DNA of 64,000 nucleotides from the human T2T-CHM13v2.0 reference genome, Homo sapiens. Position numbers and translations under genes: made by a program. The stretch lies in assembly GCF_009914755.1 (NCBI RefSeq), contig NC_060926.1; one strand, 5' to 3'. The notes below the pieces were generated by a model that saw only the letters and a list, made by a program, of their open reading frames with translations, was not told the DNA's origin and made no database searches. Shown in pieces: positions 27,536 to 45,532 of this stretch. Position 1 is the first letter of the stretch, and each line of letters starts with the position of its first letter.

Positions 27536-28049
27536 GGAAGAGATGATATAAGATCTACAACAGAGGTGTAAGCATGGAAGGGCAAAGGGAGGTGAAGTCA
27601 GAGACAAAATGTGATGCACATTTGAAACATGGGAGGAGAGAGACTCTTTGCTTCCTTCTACCCTGACCTCTACAATTTATTCTGTACATGGCTGCCAGAT
27701 TTACCTTAAAAAAAAAAAAAAAAAAAAAACCTGGACATTACATTCCTGCTCCTCATGCTCAAATTTAGAAGCTTTTATTCTCCCCTGTCAACTCCCATTG
27801 CACACATGCCAGCTCCTCCATTCCGACTTGGCTTAACCTTTCCTCTCTGCCTCCTGAAACTTTCTTTCCCTACCGCGCCACTCCCTGAAACACAATGTGC
27901 TCCAGCATCTTTTCCACTCGCTGAACACCATAATATTTTTTCTATCTCTGTGTCATTACTCATACTGTTAACCCTTTTGGATGAATCTTCTTACTTAGCT
28001 CAAATACCATTTTTGCGATATTGTTGCCAGGGAATAACTAAGCTGAAAG

Positions 28050-28280
28050 TAGCTCATGGTAGTGAAGAGAACACAGACTTTGAAAACAGGTAGGTATAAG
28101 CTATCCAACTTGGATATGTGTCAATCATGTACATTCTGACCCTTTTTCTAATTTTGGTGAGTCTCAATTTCCTCATCTGTTTAATGAGATTACTAATATC
28201 TCATTGATTTTTCATGATAGTAACATTAAGAACCTATGCAGAGCTCCTCTCACTTGGCTGATATGCAATAAATGTTATCT
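28050..28280 (+). mobile_element. MIR
   Basis: gtctcaatttcctcatctgtt..tgcaataaatgtta. Confidence 0.6.
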
Positions 28281-29289
28281 ACTCACTTTCCCAGTGGCCC
28301 ATGAGAAGTATATACTTACTACAATTTTTAAAATAGCAATACTTTCTCAAATGTGTATGGTGTCAATATTTCAAAGCATCTTTACTTACAGTTTCTCATT
28401 TGATCTGCAGAAAAATATTTGTTACCTATTAAGATAATGTGAACTAGAGAGGACAAAATCTAAACTCTAAGTGACTTTAACAATAAATTTATTATGTTTC
28501 TTTATGGAAGTTTCTGAGGCAGAATTAACTCCACATATAGCCTTAGCAATGAACAATGGAAAATATAGGTACTTTCCATCTCTCTCATCTTCTATCCTCA
28601 GCATAGACTCCATCATGTGGCTGATTCTCCTCAGAGTTGCAAGAGAGCCACCATCAACAAATGAGAATACATGCTGTTTTGGCCCATGCAGCTAGAGAGA
28701 TCCTCTTTATTAAACCTATGTAATACCTCTCCTCAGTCTGATTAGATCAAATTAGTATGTGCTCATAGCTAGGCCAATAATATTTATACTTACCAGGGGG
28801 ATGCCATAAACTGATTGGCTACCCCAATTATCTGGGATAAAATGGATTTGGGGAGCTCATCTCAGTACCCAACATGGTGAGTGTGCATTGTTTGTTCCAG
28901 AAAGAAAATGTTCAGCCTTAAATCACATAGGTAATTCATGCCTAACCTGGAACTGAAGCCCAAGTTCCCTGACCCCCTGACTCATGTTCTTCTTATATTA
29001 AGCATAGAAACCATATTGGTTAGATTTTTTTAGGCTTCCAAGTTATTATATAATGTTATATTATAAATATATGTCATAAAAAGAGTCCAGAGAAAAATAA
29101 GCTGAGTCACAAAAGGACATGAAAGAAAATTAAATGTATATTACAAAATGAAAGAAGCTGATCTGAAAATGTTACAGCCCAATGGACTTGCCTTGCTCTT
29201 CTTGCAAGATTTATATATTTATAACATTTTCTGCACAGAAAAAGCCAACACACTGAGACTGCAAGTGTTGCAGAATTCAGGCACCTATT

Positions 29290-29565
29290 ATAATTTTAAC
29301 TTCTGGCCTTTCATTAGTTTTCCAAGGGTGATTTCCATTTTTGAACAGGGAGGGAGTATGTTTTGGGAAGAGGCTGTTAAGCCTCTGCTTTAAAGTTAAG
29401 TAATAAACTAAATTACTCAGCTAAATTATAAACTAATTTCCTCCCATAGTTAGCTTGGCCTAAACACAGGATTGAGCAAAGGCAGTTAGCTTAAGAGGTG
29501 AGAAGCAAAACAAAGTCAGTTATGTTCAATTCTGTCACTGGTATAATTTTGCAAAGGTGGTTTCA
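29290..29565 (-). mobile_element. ERV1 LTR 5' portion (LTR8-like)
   Basis: Reverse complement begins tgaaaccacctttgcaaaattata. Confidence 0.7.
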
Positions 29566-29589
29566 AAAAGCCTACATAATTTATTATTA

Positions 29590-29950
29590 CAAATATACAA
29601 CATTCTGGAAAAGGAAAACTATGGAGATGGTGGTTGCCAGGAGTTGGGGGTGGGGAGGGACAAATAGGTGGATACTCTAATGGTGGATACATGTCATTAC
29701 ATTTGTCAAAACTAATAGAATGTACTACAACAAGAGTGAACCCTAATGTAAACTATGAACTTTGAGTGGTGTTCTCTCAATGTAGGTTCATGGATTGTAA
29801 CGAATGTACCAATCTGGTTCAGGATGTTGATACTGGGAGAGGTGGGGGTGTGAGGGGGCAGGGAGTATGTGGGAACTCTCTGTACTCTCTGCTCAGTTTT
29901 GCCACGAACCTAAAGCTGCTCCAAATTAGAAAATAATAATAATAAAATAG
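29590..29950 (+). mobile_element. L1MC1-like 3' end
   Basis: caagagtgaaccctaatgtaaactatg..gggaactctctgtac..gaacctaaagctgctc. Confidence 0.8.
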
Positions 29951-31944
29951 GGCTCTAGAATGTTTTGATTTTGCAGCCCAATGGCATTACTCAGTTTCTC
30001 TTCATCTCTTCTCTCCACCATTTGCAATAGCTCACTTCGCCCTGGGCTGGCTCCCCTCAAGAGTAAGACGGCTTCTGAAATTCAAAACATTACACCCATA
30101 CACAACAAAAGCCTAAGGCAGAAAAAATAAAAAAGACAATGCTTTCTGAAATCTGCTTAATAGGAGAAGTCCTTTAAGGGTCTGCCCTTTTGGGTTTTGG
30201 CCAGAATTAGGTCACAAGCCTATCATAAATAAATCACTGAATAAGAGATTGAGATCCCCATGTTTTAATCAGGACTTGCTCAGAGCCATGTCGGGAAATG
30301 GTAGATACCTAAACTTCAACCATCCTTCTGTTAGAAAAAAAAAAAATGGGGGAATAAATATTAGAAAGGAAAGTAACAATTTCTAGTACTGAGAACACTA
30401 CTAGAGGAAGTTACTTGTTAGAAGGCATTTCTGCTCTTCCCTTTACCTCTTCCCTGATGTTCATAGACAAGAGCCCGTACAAAGTGGTCCCACTGTTGAC
30501 TGAAGTAGTGGGCTATACCTAACTGAAGAAGGCCCAAAAAGGGAGCCAAAGAGGACAATTTTTGTTGTTGCTGTTTGTGTATCTGAATAAGCAATAGACC
30601 AAGCCACTATCGTAAGCATTTTGAGGAAGGACATTTTGAAAAGTGGCTCATTTTCATTAAAATTTATTGGCCTGTGATAGACAAAGCTGCAACTTGTATC
30701 ATCAGTGACTTAGCCAGGGACTTTGTTGTCTCCTTCTAATGGTGTCAAGTCCAATACTCTTCCCCTGTGAAGAAGCTCGTCAAAAATCTTAACCAGACTT
30801 TTCTGTTTTGTCCTTGTAGCCTCTCACCTTTAATGTCTCTGTAGATTTATTAGAGAATAGAATTCAATCTTCAGAGTTTAGTTCCTCACTTCTCAAGCAG
30901 AACTGCTTATTCTTATGCCCAGGGGAATAGAATGCTGCACAAGAATCCCTCTACAGCAGTGGCTTTCAACTTGGACACACATAAGAAACCCTTGCCCAGC
31001 TCTACAAATATATGCAGAAGTTGCAGCTCTGAGATTCCGAGAATTTCACTGAGAACTGAGGTAGGTTGCAAACCACAAGATTCAGGAAATGAAGGATGTT
31101 TTAATTTATTAAAGTAAATATGGCTATCTTATGGAGCAAAATTGCTTAAATTTTTTAAGTAAAACAGCATCATTCAAAAAAATTATTTTTGAATTTTCTA
31201 TAACAATTTTCTGTAGTTCCTTCAAGTCGTGTCAAACAACCTGAAGATATTCATGTATTCTTGTTGGCCATTAGATGAAATGGAGGGAAAAGTTTTGAAA
31301 CATATTCCTGGTAAGAAATATACTAAGTGCCCCTCAGAAGCCATGGCAGGTGGAGGAGGTTTTATGATGACTGTATGCAGAATTCATTATGCAGCTAGTG
31401 TCTAATAAGCTTGAACTTTCACAGTCTTAAGATGGTACAGATGTTCTTTATGGCTTAATAAAAATTCCTTCTTGAAGTTTACATTATCAAGTTGCAGTAT
31501 TACACTCTTCTCTCTTCTCGACCTTTCTGCAGCTGGTTCACTGTCCTTAAAACTCCTCACTACACTTATTCTGAATAAGTAGGGATGCTGTGTCATAATC
31601 CACAATCAATCAACATAAATAAAACAATTCAGCACAGATGTGACCTGAATATCCATTTAGATTCTGCTAATTGCGCAAAGCAGTGACACAAAGGTTTCAA
31701 GGTCAGACAAACCAACAGTGAATTTGCTCTGTGGAAAAGCACAAAGGAGACCATGCTGCACTTTTTTATTGTAATTGCTTATTTGCAGAATTTCAGAGAG
31801 CTTGACACTCTGAAGACATTCTATAACTTATCCCAACTGCTTTTTCTTCAGGTCACAATGAAAGTGTAAGAAAAAAAACTTGGTTGCTACAAAGCTTCAT
31901 AAATGTAGATTTAGCCTAATCTAATCCCTCCTAGAGACAAAGCA

Positions 31945-32090
31945 AAGTGGAAGAGAAAGAGCATGGGCTTTGGATTCAATCCTGCAGGGCTTGAAATGTG
32001 GTTTAGCTCATTATTAGTGATGAACTCTGGCACATTTTATTTAACTTAACTTAGCCTGTGATTCTCCTCTTTATGAGGTGGATCAAAAAC
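31945..32090 (+). mobile_element. MIR
   Basis: gaaagagcatgggctttggattc..attattagtgatgaactctgg. Confidence 0.55.
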
Positions 32091-32891
32091 CTGCATTTGA
32101 TTCTGACTCTCAATAAGAAGCAGAATTAGCCCAGGCTGCTATCTCCTACTACTAACATAGATGGTGGGGTGAGGGACCTATTGAAGTAAACTTTTAAAAA
32201 GCTAGGAAATAACTGAGACAACTGTGGGCAACACTGGGAAAGTGGGAGAGCTATGTGAATTATTGCATAGGTACGCGGTTGGGGCTCCCGTACAAGGCAA
32301 GGGACCAGTCAATGAAGTAAAGAGAGATAAATTAGAAAAAGCCATTTGAGAACATCTCTTGCCTTCAGACCATCAGTGCTTCCTCCTCATGACTCAGACC
32401 ACTGGGGCAGGCGTGCAGGTCCACAAAAGCTCTCATAGAGAGAGGAGCTCAGAAAAGCAGGTATGGATTGAATTACCCCTTCTCTTCAAACCACAATGGT
32501 GGTTTATAATGTAAGGAATCTCTTCTCCCCATCATGAAGGTGGAGTGAAACAGCTGAAAATAAAATCCTTGCTGGAAGAGTTGTTCAGTGTGGATAAAGA
32601 GTCTGTAACTCTTCACATTAAAGTTTTCACTCCTCTTTTGAACTCACTGAGATCATCACCAAAAAAAGTTCTGGTATTCAAGCCCTTATCTTAACATGGA
32701 CCTAGAGGACAAATGAGTACTGCCAGTTCAAAAGAAAACAGCAAACTAAATGACAGATACCATCAGAGGCAGAGATATTAAAGAGCATGGAACAAACAAT
32801 TTTATAATAAGAATAACAAATATAATCTTATTAAAAAATAAAAAATTATATAATATATAATTTAAAATATTTATTACAAAAGTATAATTTT

Positions 32892-33579
32892 TGAGGAGGC
32901 AGTCTGCCTGTTCTCAGATCTCCAGCTGCGTGCTGGTAGAACCACTGCTCTCTTCAAAGCTGTCAGACAGGGACATTTAAGTCTGCAGAGGTTACTGCTG
33001 TCTTTGTGTTTGTCTGTGTCCTGCCCCCAGAGGTGGAGCCTACAGAGGCAGGAAGGCCTCCTTGAGCTGTGGTGGGCTCCACCCAGTTAGAGCTTCCCTG
33101 CTGCTTTGTTTACCTAATCAAGCCTGGGCAATGGCAGGCGCCCCTCCCCCAGCCTGGCTGCCGCCTTGCAGTTTGATCTCAGACTGCTGTGCTAGAAATC
33201 AGCAAGACTCCATGGCATAGGACCCTCGGAGCCAGGTGCGGGATATAATCTCCTGGTGTGCCGTTTTTTAAGCCTATTGGAAAAGCGCACTATTAGGGTG
33301 GGAGTGACCCGATTTTCCAGGTGCCGTCTGTCACTCCTTTCTTTGACTAGGAAAGGGAACTCCCTGACCCCTTGCGCTTCCCGCGTGAGGCAATGACTCA
33401 CCCTGCTTTGGCTTGCACACAGTGCACTGCACCCACTGTCCTGCTCCCTCTGTCTGGCACTCCCTAGTGAGATGAAGCCAGTACCTCAGATGGAAATGCA
33501 GAAATCATCTGTCTTCTGCGTGGCTCACGCTGGGAGCTGTAGACCAGAGCTGTTCCTATTCGGCCATCTTGGTTCCACC
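32892..33579 (-). mobile_element. First ~690 nt of the L1PA 5'UTR (internal promoter), inverted relative to the rest of the element
   Basis: Reverse complement starts ggtggaaccaagatggccgaataggaacagctc (YY1 site) and runs to ..ctggagatctgagaacaggcagactgcctcctca. Confidence 0.95.
33131..33220 (+). pseudogene. L1 ORF0 remnant, frameshifted (29 aa)
   Basis: Translates MAGAPPPAWLPPCSLISDCCARNQQDSMA*, matching the ORF0 N-terminus. An apparent 1-nt deletion gives the early TAG. Confidence 0.8.
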
Positions 33580-33742
33580 TATATGTGTGTCTCTTCTACA
33601 CAGAACTTTAAAAAAACCCAACCTGCCAGTCTCTGTCTTTTAATTGCTGAACTGATCCCTTTTATATTCACTGAAGTTATTGATCTATTTGGATTTATTT
33701 GTATTACCTTTGCTTATTGCTTCAATTGTCCTGCCTTTGTTT
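33580..33742 (-). mobile_element. 5' TSD copy plus host old-L1 (ORF2 start region) flank, inverted
   Basis: 33582-33597 is the reverse complement of AGAAGAGACACACATA (39322-39337). The remainder, reversed, reads like an old-L1 EN start (ataaatccaaatagatcaataac..attaaaagacagagactggcag). Confidence 0.85.
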
Positions 33743-34130
33743 CTGGAGATCTGAGAACCGGCAGACTGCCTCCTCACGTGGGTCCCTGACCCCCGAGCAG
33801 CCTAACTGGGAGGCACCACCCAGTAGGGGCAGACTGACACCTCACATGGCCCAGTACTCCTCTGAGACAAAACTTCCAGAGGAACGATCAGGCAGCAGCA
33901 TTTGTGGTTCACCAATATCCACTGTTCTACAGCCACTGCTGTTCTGCAGCCACTGCTGCTGATACCCAGGCAAACAGCATCTGGAGTGGACCTCTAGCAA
34001 ACTCCAACAGACCTGCAGCTGAGGGTCCTGTCTGTTACAAGGAAAACTAACAAACAGAAAGGACATCCACACCAAAAACACATCTGCACGTCACCATCAT
34101 CAAAGACCAAAAGTAGATAAAACCACAAAG

Positions 34131-35176
34131 ATGGGGAAAAAACAGAGCAGAAAAACTGTAAACTCTAAAAAGTAGAGCACCTCTCCTCCTGCAAAGGAAC
34201 GCAGCTCCTCACCAGCAATGGAGCAAAGCTGGATGGAGAATGAATTGACGAGTTGAGAGAAGAAGGCTTCAGACGATCAAACTACACCGAGCTACAGGAG
34301 GAAATTCAAACCAATGGCAAAGAAGTTAAAAACTTTGAAAAAAAATTAGATGAATGGATACCTAGAATAACCAATACAGAGAAGTGCTTAAAGGTGCTGA
34401 TGGAGCCGAAAGCCAAGGCTCGAGAACTACATAAAGAATGCAGAAGCCTCAGGAGCCGATGCGATCAACTGGAAGAAAGGGTATCAGTGATGGAAGATGA
34501 AATGAATGAAATGAAGTGAGAGGGGAAGTTTAGAGAAAAAAAAATAAAAAGAAATGAACAAAGCCTCCAAGAAATATGGGACTATGTGAAAAGACCAAAT
34601 CTACGTCTGATTGGTGTACCTGAAAGTGACGGGGAGAATGGAACCAAGTTGGAAAACACTCTGCAGGATATTATCCAGGAGAACTTGCCCAATCTAGCAA
34701 GGCAGGCCAACATTCAGATTCAGGAAATACAGAGAACACCACAAAGACACTCCTCGAGAAGAGCAATTCCAAGACACATAATTGTCAGATTCACCAAAGT
34801 TGAAATGTAGGAAAAAATGTTAAGGGGAGCCAGAGAGAAAGGTTGGGTTACCCACAAAGGGAAGCCCATCAGACTAACAGCGGATCTCTCGGCAGAAACT
34901 CTACAAGGCAGAAGAGAGTGGGGGCCAATATTCAACATTCTTAAAGAAAAGAATTTTCAACCCAGAATTTCATATCCAGCCAAACTAAGCTTCATAAGTG
35001 AAGGAGAAATAAAATCCTTTACAGACAAGCAAATGCTGAGAGATTTTGTCACCACCAGGCCTGCCCTAAAAGAGCTCCTGAAGAGAGCATTAAACATGGA
35101 AAGGAACAACCAGTACCAGCCACTGGTACTGCCAAAATGTAAAGACAAATTTTGCCAAAAACATGCCAAAATGTAA
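34131..35176 (+). pseudogene. L1 ORF1p (RNA-binding chaperone), disrupted
   Basis: Begins MGKKQSRKTVNSKK* (early TAG). Fragments KRPNLRLIGVPE and RISYPAKLSF lie in separate ORFs. Confidence 0.93.
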
Positions 35177-35239
35177 AGACCATCAAGGCTAGGAAGAAAC
35201 TGCATCAACTAACGAGCAAAATAACCAGCTAACATCATA

Positions 35240-39066
<3,827 letters not shown>

Positions 39067-39361
39067 ACAATGAGAACACATGGACACAGGAAAGGGAACA
39101 TCACACTCCAGGGATTGTTGTGGGGTGGGAGGAGTGGGGAGTGATAGCATTAGGAGATATACCTAATGCTACATGGCGAGTTAATGGGTGCCGCACACCA
39201 ACATGGCACATGTATACATATGTAACAAACCTGCATGTTGTGCACATGTACCCTAAAACTTAAAATATAATAATAATAAAATAAAATAAAAAAATCACAA
39301 ACTCCCCCCCCCCAAAAAAAAAGAAGAGACACACATAAACGATAAGAATACAAAAAGATGG

Positions 39362-39775
<414 letters not shown>

Positions 39776-40664
39776 TCAAAACTAATCATTAGGGATAGAA
39801 AGGTCCCATATACATTGATAAATGTTTCCATTCATCAAGGGAGAAGATACAATAATTTTAAACATATATACAATTCAAGAAGTTTTCTATATATTAAGCA
39901 AAAAATCGTAGGACTACAGTTATAAATATATAAATCCATCATCAGAATGGGAGATTTCAATGTGAATTTCTCACTTATTAATAAGGCAAGCCGATAAAAT
40001 ATATGTATATATAGGATCTAAACACAATTAAGAAGCTTGATCTATACTTACATATAGAATGCTAAAAACTATTTAAGAAAAAATCTGCTTCTCAAGAATA
40101 TAAGCAACATTACAAAAATTAGTCATATACTGGAATATAATTCAAGCCTCCACAAATTTCAAAGAATATATTGCAGACTATTTTCTGATCATACTTCAAA
40201 TCCGTTAAAAGTTAATTACAAAAATAAAAACTTCCCACACATTTTGAAATTCAAACAAAAATGTACCTAATTAACACATGAGAAAATATTATAATTATCT
40301 AGAACTACTTAATAATGATAATACTATGTTTTAAAATGTGTAGCCTACACCTGAAGTGTTTTGAGGGAAATCTATAGCGTTGTTTACTTATATAAGAAAA
40401 GAAAAAAATCTTAACATTAATAAGATAAGGGTAAAACTTAAGAAACTGGACAAAACAACAAAATAAAATCAAAGAAATTACAAAGAAAGAAAGAAACTAA
40501 GAGCAGAAATTGATAAAATAGATAAACAACACAATTGAGAACATCAATAAAGTCAAAAATTGTTTTTTTGAAAAAATAAAATCGACTAAACTGTTCCAAA
40601 AGAAACCGAGGAAAAAAAAAACAAATAAAAACATTTTGAATGAGCAGTCTGCAAAAGTTATATA

Positions 40665-41105
40665 CTGCTTGTTTCTAAATATATGACATTCTAGAAAAGG
40701 CAAAATTACGTGTAGACAACAAAAGGATCAGCAACTGCCAAGAATTCAGGGTAAAATGTGGAGAGGGATGAATAGAAGGATGTCAGGGCATTTGTGGGGG
40801 TGAAACTAATTTTCATGTACTGTAACTGTAATGTAATCCACAGTTGTAATGGTAGACACATAACATTATACATTTGTCAAAAATTGTACAACACAAAGAG
40901 TGAACTCTAATATCTATTTTGGATTTTAATTAACAATCATATATTAATATTGGTTGATCAGTTTTAACAAATGTACCACATTAACACGAGGGGTTAAACA
41001 ATAGGAGAAACCCTATAAGATATGGCAAGGGGGCATATAGGAACTCTCTACATTTTCTGCATACATTTTCTGTACATTTAAATCTGCTCTAAAAACCAGT
41101 CTTTT
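40665..41105 (+). mobile_element. L1MC-type 3' end
   Basis: tatatgacattctagaaaaggcaaaa..aagagtgaactctaat..taacaaatgtaccac..ctgctctaaaaa. Confidence 0.75.
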
Positions 41106-41912
41106 TAAGTATTATTAATTACAAAGTGGATAAAACTACAGATAAAAGAGACTTTTCAAAGGAAATTATTCATATACTCAGTATTTTCCATGTTAATTAC
41201 TTAAAATGCAACTCATTTATGTGAAAATAGAAAGCATGAGTTGTTCCATAACTATTACATAAATTAAAGCAATAGTTTTTAAAATGCTTATACAAAGCAA
41301 ACATAGGGATAAGACGATTTTATTATAGGTAGTTCCCATCAAACTTGCAAGGCAAATTTTATCCCAATCTTAAAACGACTACAAAAAAATGAAATTCTTT
41401 CCAAATCCTTTAACAAAAAAAGCCATTATAAACCTAACATCAAGACCAGATTAAAAATATAAAGAACAAATCCAAATCGATTGAAATAATAAAATCTTTT
41501 AGCATGGTGTCTAGATATAAGACAAATATGTGGAGTTTATTGTACTTCTATGCATCAACCACAAAACTAGAAAGCAATTAAAAACATACCATGTACAACA
41601 GTCTCAAAGAATATTAAGTGTCTGGTAATAACTATAAATATATTCCGAGGTTTTTATATACTCAAAAATCACAAGTTTATGTAAGGAGACATGCAAGAAC
41701 ATTCATGACAGTATTTTTGACAATAGCAAAAATCTTTAATAGGCATATAGTTAAGTAAAACATGGTTTCATCATATAATGGATTATTAGATATTAGCAAA
41801 ATTGTATGAATTATAGCTGCACCACTACACAAAAAATTAATCTTAATAACATAAAATTTATCAAAAAGGCAAATGCCAGATTACATTCAATGATAACCTT
41901 TTAATAAAGTTA

Positions 41913-42712
<800 letters not shown>

Positions 42713-44060
42713 CTTTTTTTTTTCTTTCCAACTTTTATTTTAGGTTCAGGGTATATATGCGCAGGTCTGTTATATGGGTAAATTGTATGTCTTGGGAGTT
42801 TGGTATACAGATAATTTTGTCACCCAGGCAATCAGCATAATACCCGATAGATAGTTTTTCAATCTTCACCTTCCTCTCACCCTCCACCCACAAGTAGGTC
42901 CCAGTGTCTATTGCTCCCTTCTTTGTGTCCATGTGTCCTCAATGTTTAGCTCTCACTTATAAGTGAGAACATCTGGTGTTTGGTTTTCTCTTCCTACATT
43001 AATTCGCGTAGGATAATGGCCTTCAGCTCCATCCATGTTGCTGCAAAAGATGTGATCTCATTCTTTTTTTTGACTGCGTAGTATTCCATGATGTATATAC
43101 ACCATATTTTCTTTATCCAGTCCACCACTGATGGCCATCTAGGCTGATTCCATGTCTTTGCTATTGTGAATAGTGCTGCAACGAATATACTCATGCATGT
43201 ATCTTTATGGTAGAATGATTTATATTTCTTTGGGTATATGCCCAGAAATGAGATTGCTGGGTCGAATGGTAGCTCTGTTTTACATTCTTTGAGAAATCTC
43301 CAGACTGTTTTCCATTGTGGCTGAAGTAATTTACATTCCCAACAGCAGCATATAAGCATTCTCTTTTCTCCACAACCACCGTAACATCTGTTATTTTTGA
43401 ACTTTTTAGTAATAGCCATTCTGACTAATGTGAGATGGTATATCACTGTGGTTTTGAATTTGCATTTTCCTAATTATTAGTGATATTAGGCATTGTTTCA
43501 TATGCCTGTTGGCCATGTGTATGTTTTCTTTTGAGAAGTGTCTATTCATGTCCTTTATCCATTTTCTAATGGAGTTGTTTTTTGTTTGTTGATTTGTCTA
43601 AGTTCTTTACAGATTCTGGATATTAGACATTTGTCAGGTATATAGTTTGCAAATATTTTCTCCACTCTGCAGGCTGTTTATTCTGTTGCTTGCTCTTTTG
43701 CTGCGCAGAAGCTCTTTAGTTTAATTAGGTCCCATTTGTTAATTTTTGTTTTGGTTGCAATTGCTTTGGAATCTTCATCATAAAGTCTTTGCTAGGGCCA
43801 ATGTCCAGAATGGTATTTGCTAGGTTTTCTTCTAGGGCTTTTAGAGTTTTTGGTTTTACATTTAAGTCATTAATTCATCTTGAGTTTATTTTTGTATATG
43901 CTAAAAGGTAGGGGTCCAGCTTCAATCTTCTGCATATGGCTAGCCAGTTATCTCAGCACCATTTATTGAATAGGGAGTCCTTTCCTCATTGCTTATTATT
44001 GTCAGCTTTGTCAAAGATCAGATGGTTATAGGTGTGCGGCTTTATTTCTGGGTTCTCTAG
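42713..44060 (-). mobile_element. 5'-truncated older primate L1 (L1PA13-16-like)
   Basis: T-tail then L1 3'UTR. The minus-strand ORF 42994-43446 translates to the ORF2 C-terminus ([19 protein letters not shown]). Confidence 0.92.
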
Positions 44061-45089
44061 CCCAGAAAAAAAGAGAAAATGAACTCATTTGGGTATAAAT
44101 GACCACATAACTTTCTGAATTTATATTAGCTACAAAAGAAGGCTGAGTAAAGGTCTCTCATCAATAAAACTATCTCTGTTTATCTTTGAGAATACCTTAT
44201 ATATTTTTATATCTTATTGACCTAGCTCCATCTGAAATACTAAAAAATATATATTTTAAATTTTTGCTCTTGTGGCTTCACCAATACTGGTTTAAAAAAT
44301 AACAAAATTCTGATCAAAATGATTCAGGAAAAAAATGTGTCATTATAGTCAAAATGCTTTGCTGTTTCAACAGCTACACTCTCAAAGGCAGGCCCTGTAG
44401 GGCATGTGTATTCTATGCTGCCGCAGCAGTTCCATCAATGAGTCCAAACACCAAGGGGAACATGAAAATCCCTCTGTCTTCAACATTCCTGAGGAAAATA
44501 AAACCATATTTATATGTGCATATTTTTGCAAACATAGATAGCTACATAATAGCATACAGCATAATATAGTGTAGGATATATGGCAAGAAAAATACACATA
44601 ACTATTAAGATTCCAAATCCTCTTTCATTTTTGAATAACTGAAAAGAAAATTGCAATAGGCCAGATATTTTGCTGTGATGATTCAGAACTGCACAGATAA
44701 TGCTGAATGGCACAGAAATGATTTAGTTCCTACTAAAAGTGAGTAAAACTGAAACTACCTGCCCAGTAACAATAATGAGACACACTGAGAAACTCTTAAA
44801 CACTTATTCATTAATGATTCTTTATTCATTAATAGAAGTCAGAGTATAAGCTAACTTACTAGGGAAACTGGAATAATAAAAACATGCTTAGTCCAGGAAA
44901 GAAAATAACTTAGAATAATAATACATCAACATAAATGAATTTTTAAAAAATCAAGAACAACCCTATTGATCCTACAACCAATTTTGGCCATACTCCAGAG
45001 ACAACCATCTCCAATCCCTACCCCCAATCATGTTCTGCTTTGTCTCCTTCTACCACATGGCTTGACTTTTACCCTAAACTGCCTACCTA

Positions 45090-45480
45090 TTGTGTATTTC
45101 CTATATCCATAAACACAGGTGCCCAGTTATCCAAGCCAGAAACCTGCAAGTCCCACTAGATTCTCCCTCAGCTCTGCCCAAGCATCTAATCAATCACAAA
45201 ATTTTGCTGATTCTTTCACCTTACTGTTTCTTGAATCTGTTCATCCATCATCCCCACTGCTGCTTTTTCAAGCTTCATCATTTCTTGCCTGAATTACTGC
45301 AACTGTCTTCTAGGCTTCTTGCCAGTTGTTTTACCCTCTTCAATTCGTTCTCCAAAAGTAGTCAGTGAATTTGCTGGAATGCACATCAGGCTTTCCATGA
45401 CTCCCCAACGATAAGATAACATTTAAACTCTGTAGAGCAGCACTCAAAACCCTGCCTGGGCGGGCCCCTGCTTACTAACC
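45090..45480 (+). mobile_element. L2 fragment
   Basis: cccagttatccaagccagaaacctg..atcatttcttgcctgaattactgcaac. Confidence 0.65.
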
Positions 45481-45532
45481 TGACAGCAGCTCGTTCCACA
45501 TTCCTCTTGGTACTTTTCATTTCAACCTAAGC

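Noticed and set aside
31402-31605. 67-aa minus-strand ORF and a plus-strand polypyrimidine-CAG acceptor
   Set aside because: No recognisable homology and no convincing paired donor.
32892-33776. Ordinary twin-priming 5' inversion or 5' transduction
   Set aside because: The 5' TSD copy and contiguous host flank lie inside the inverted segment, which twin priming does not produce.
32892-33776. Recombinase-driven invertible promoter switch
   Set aside because: The inverted repeats are simply duplicated L1 sequence, no recombinase is encoded, and nothing shows reversibility.
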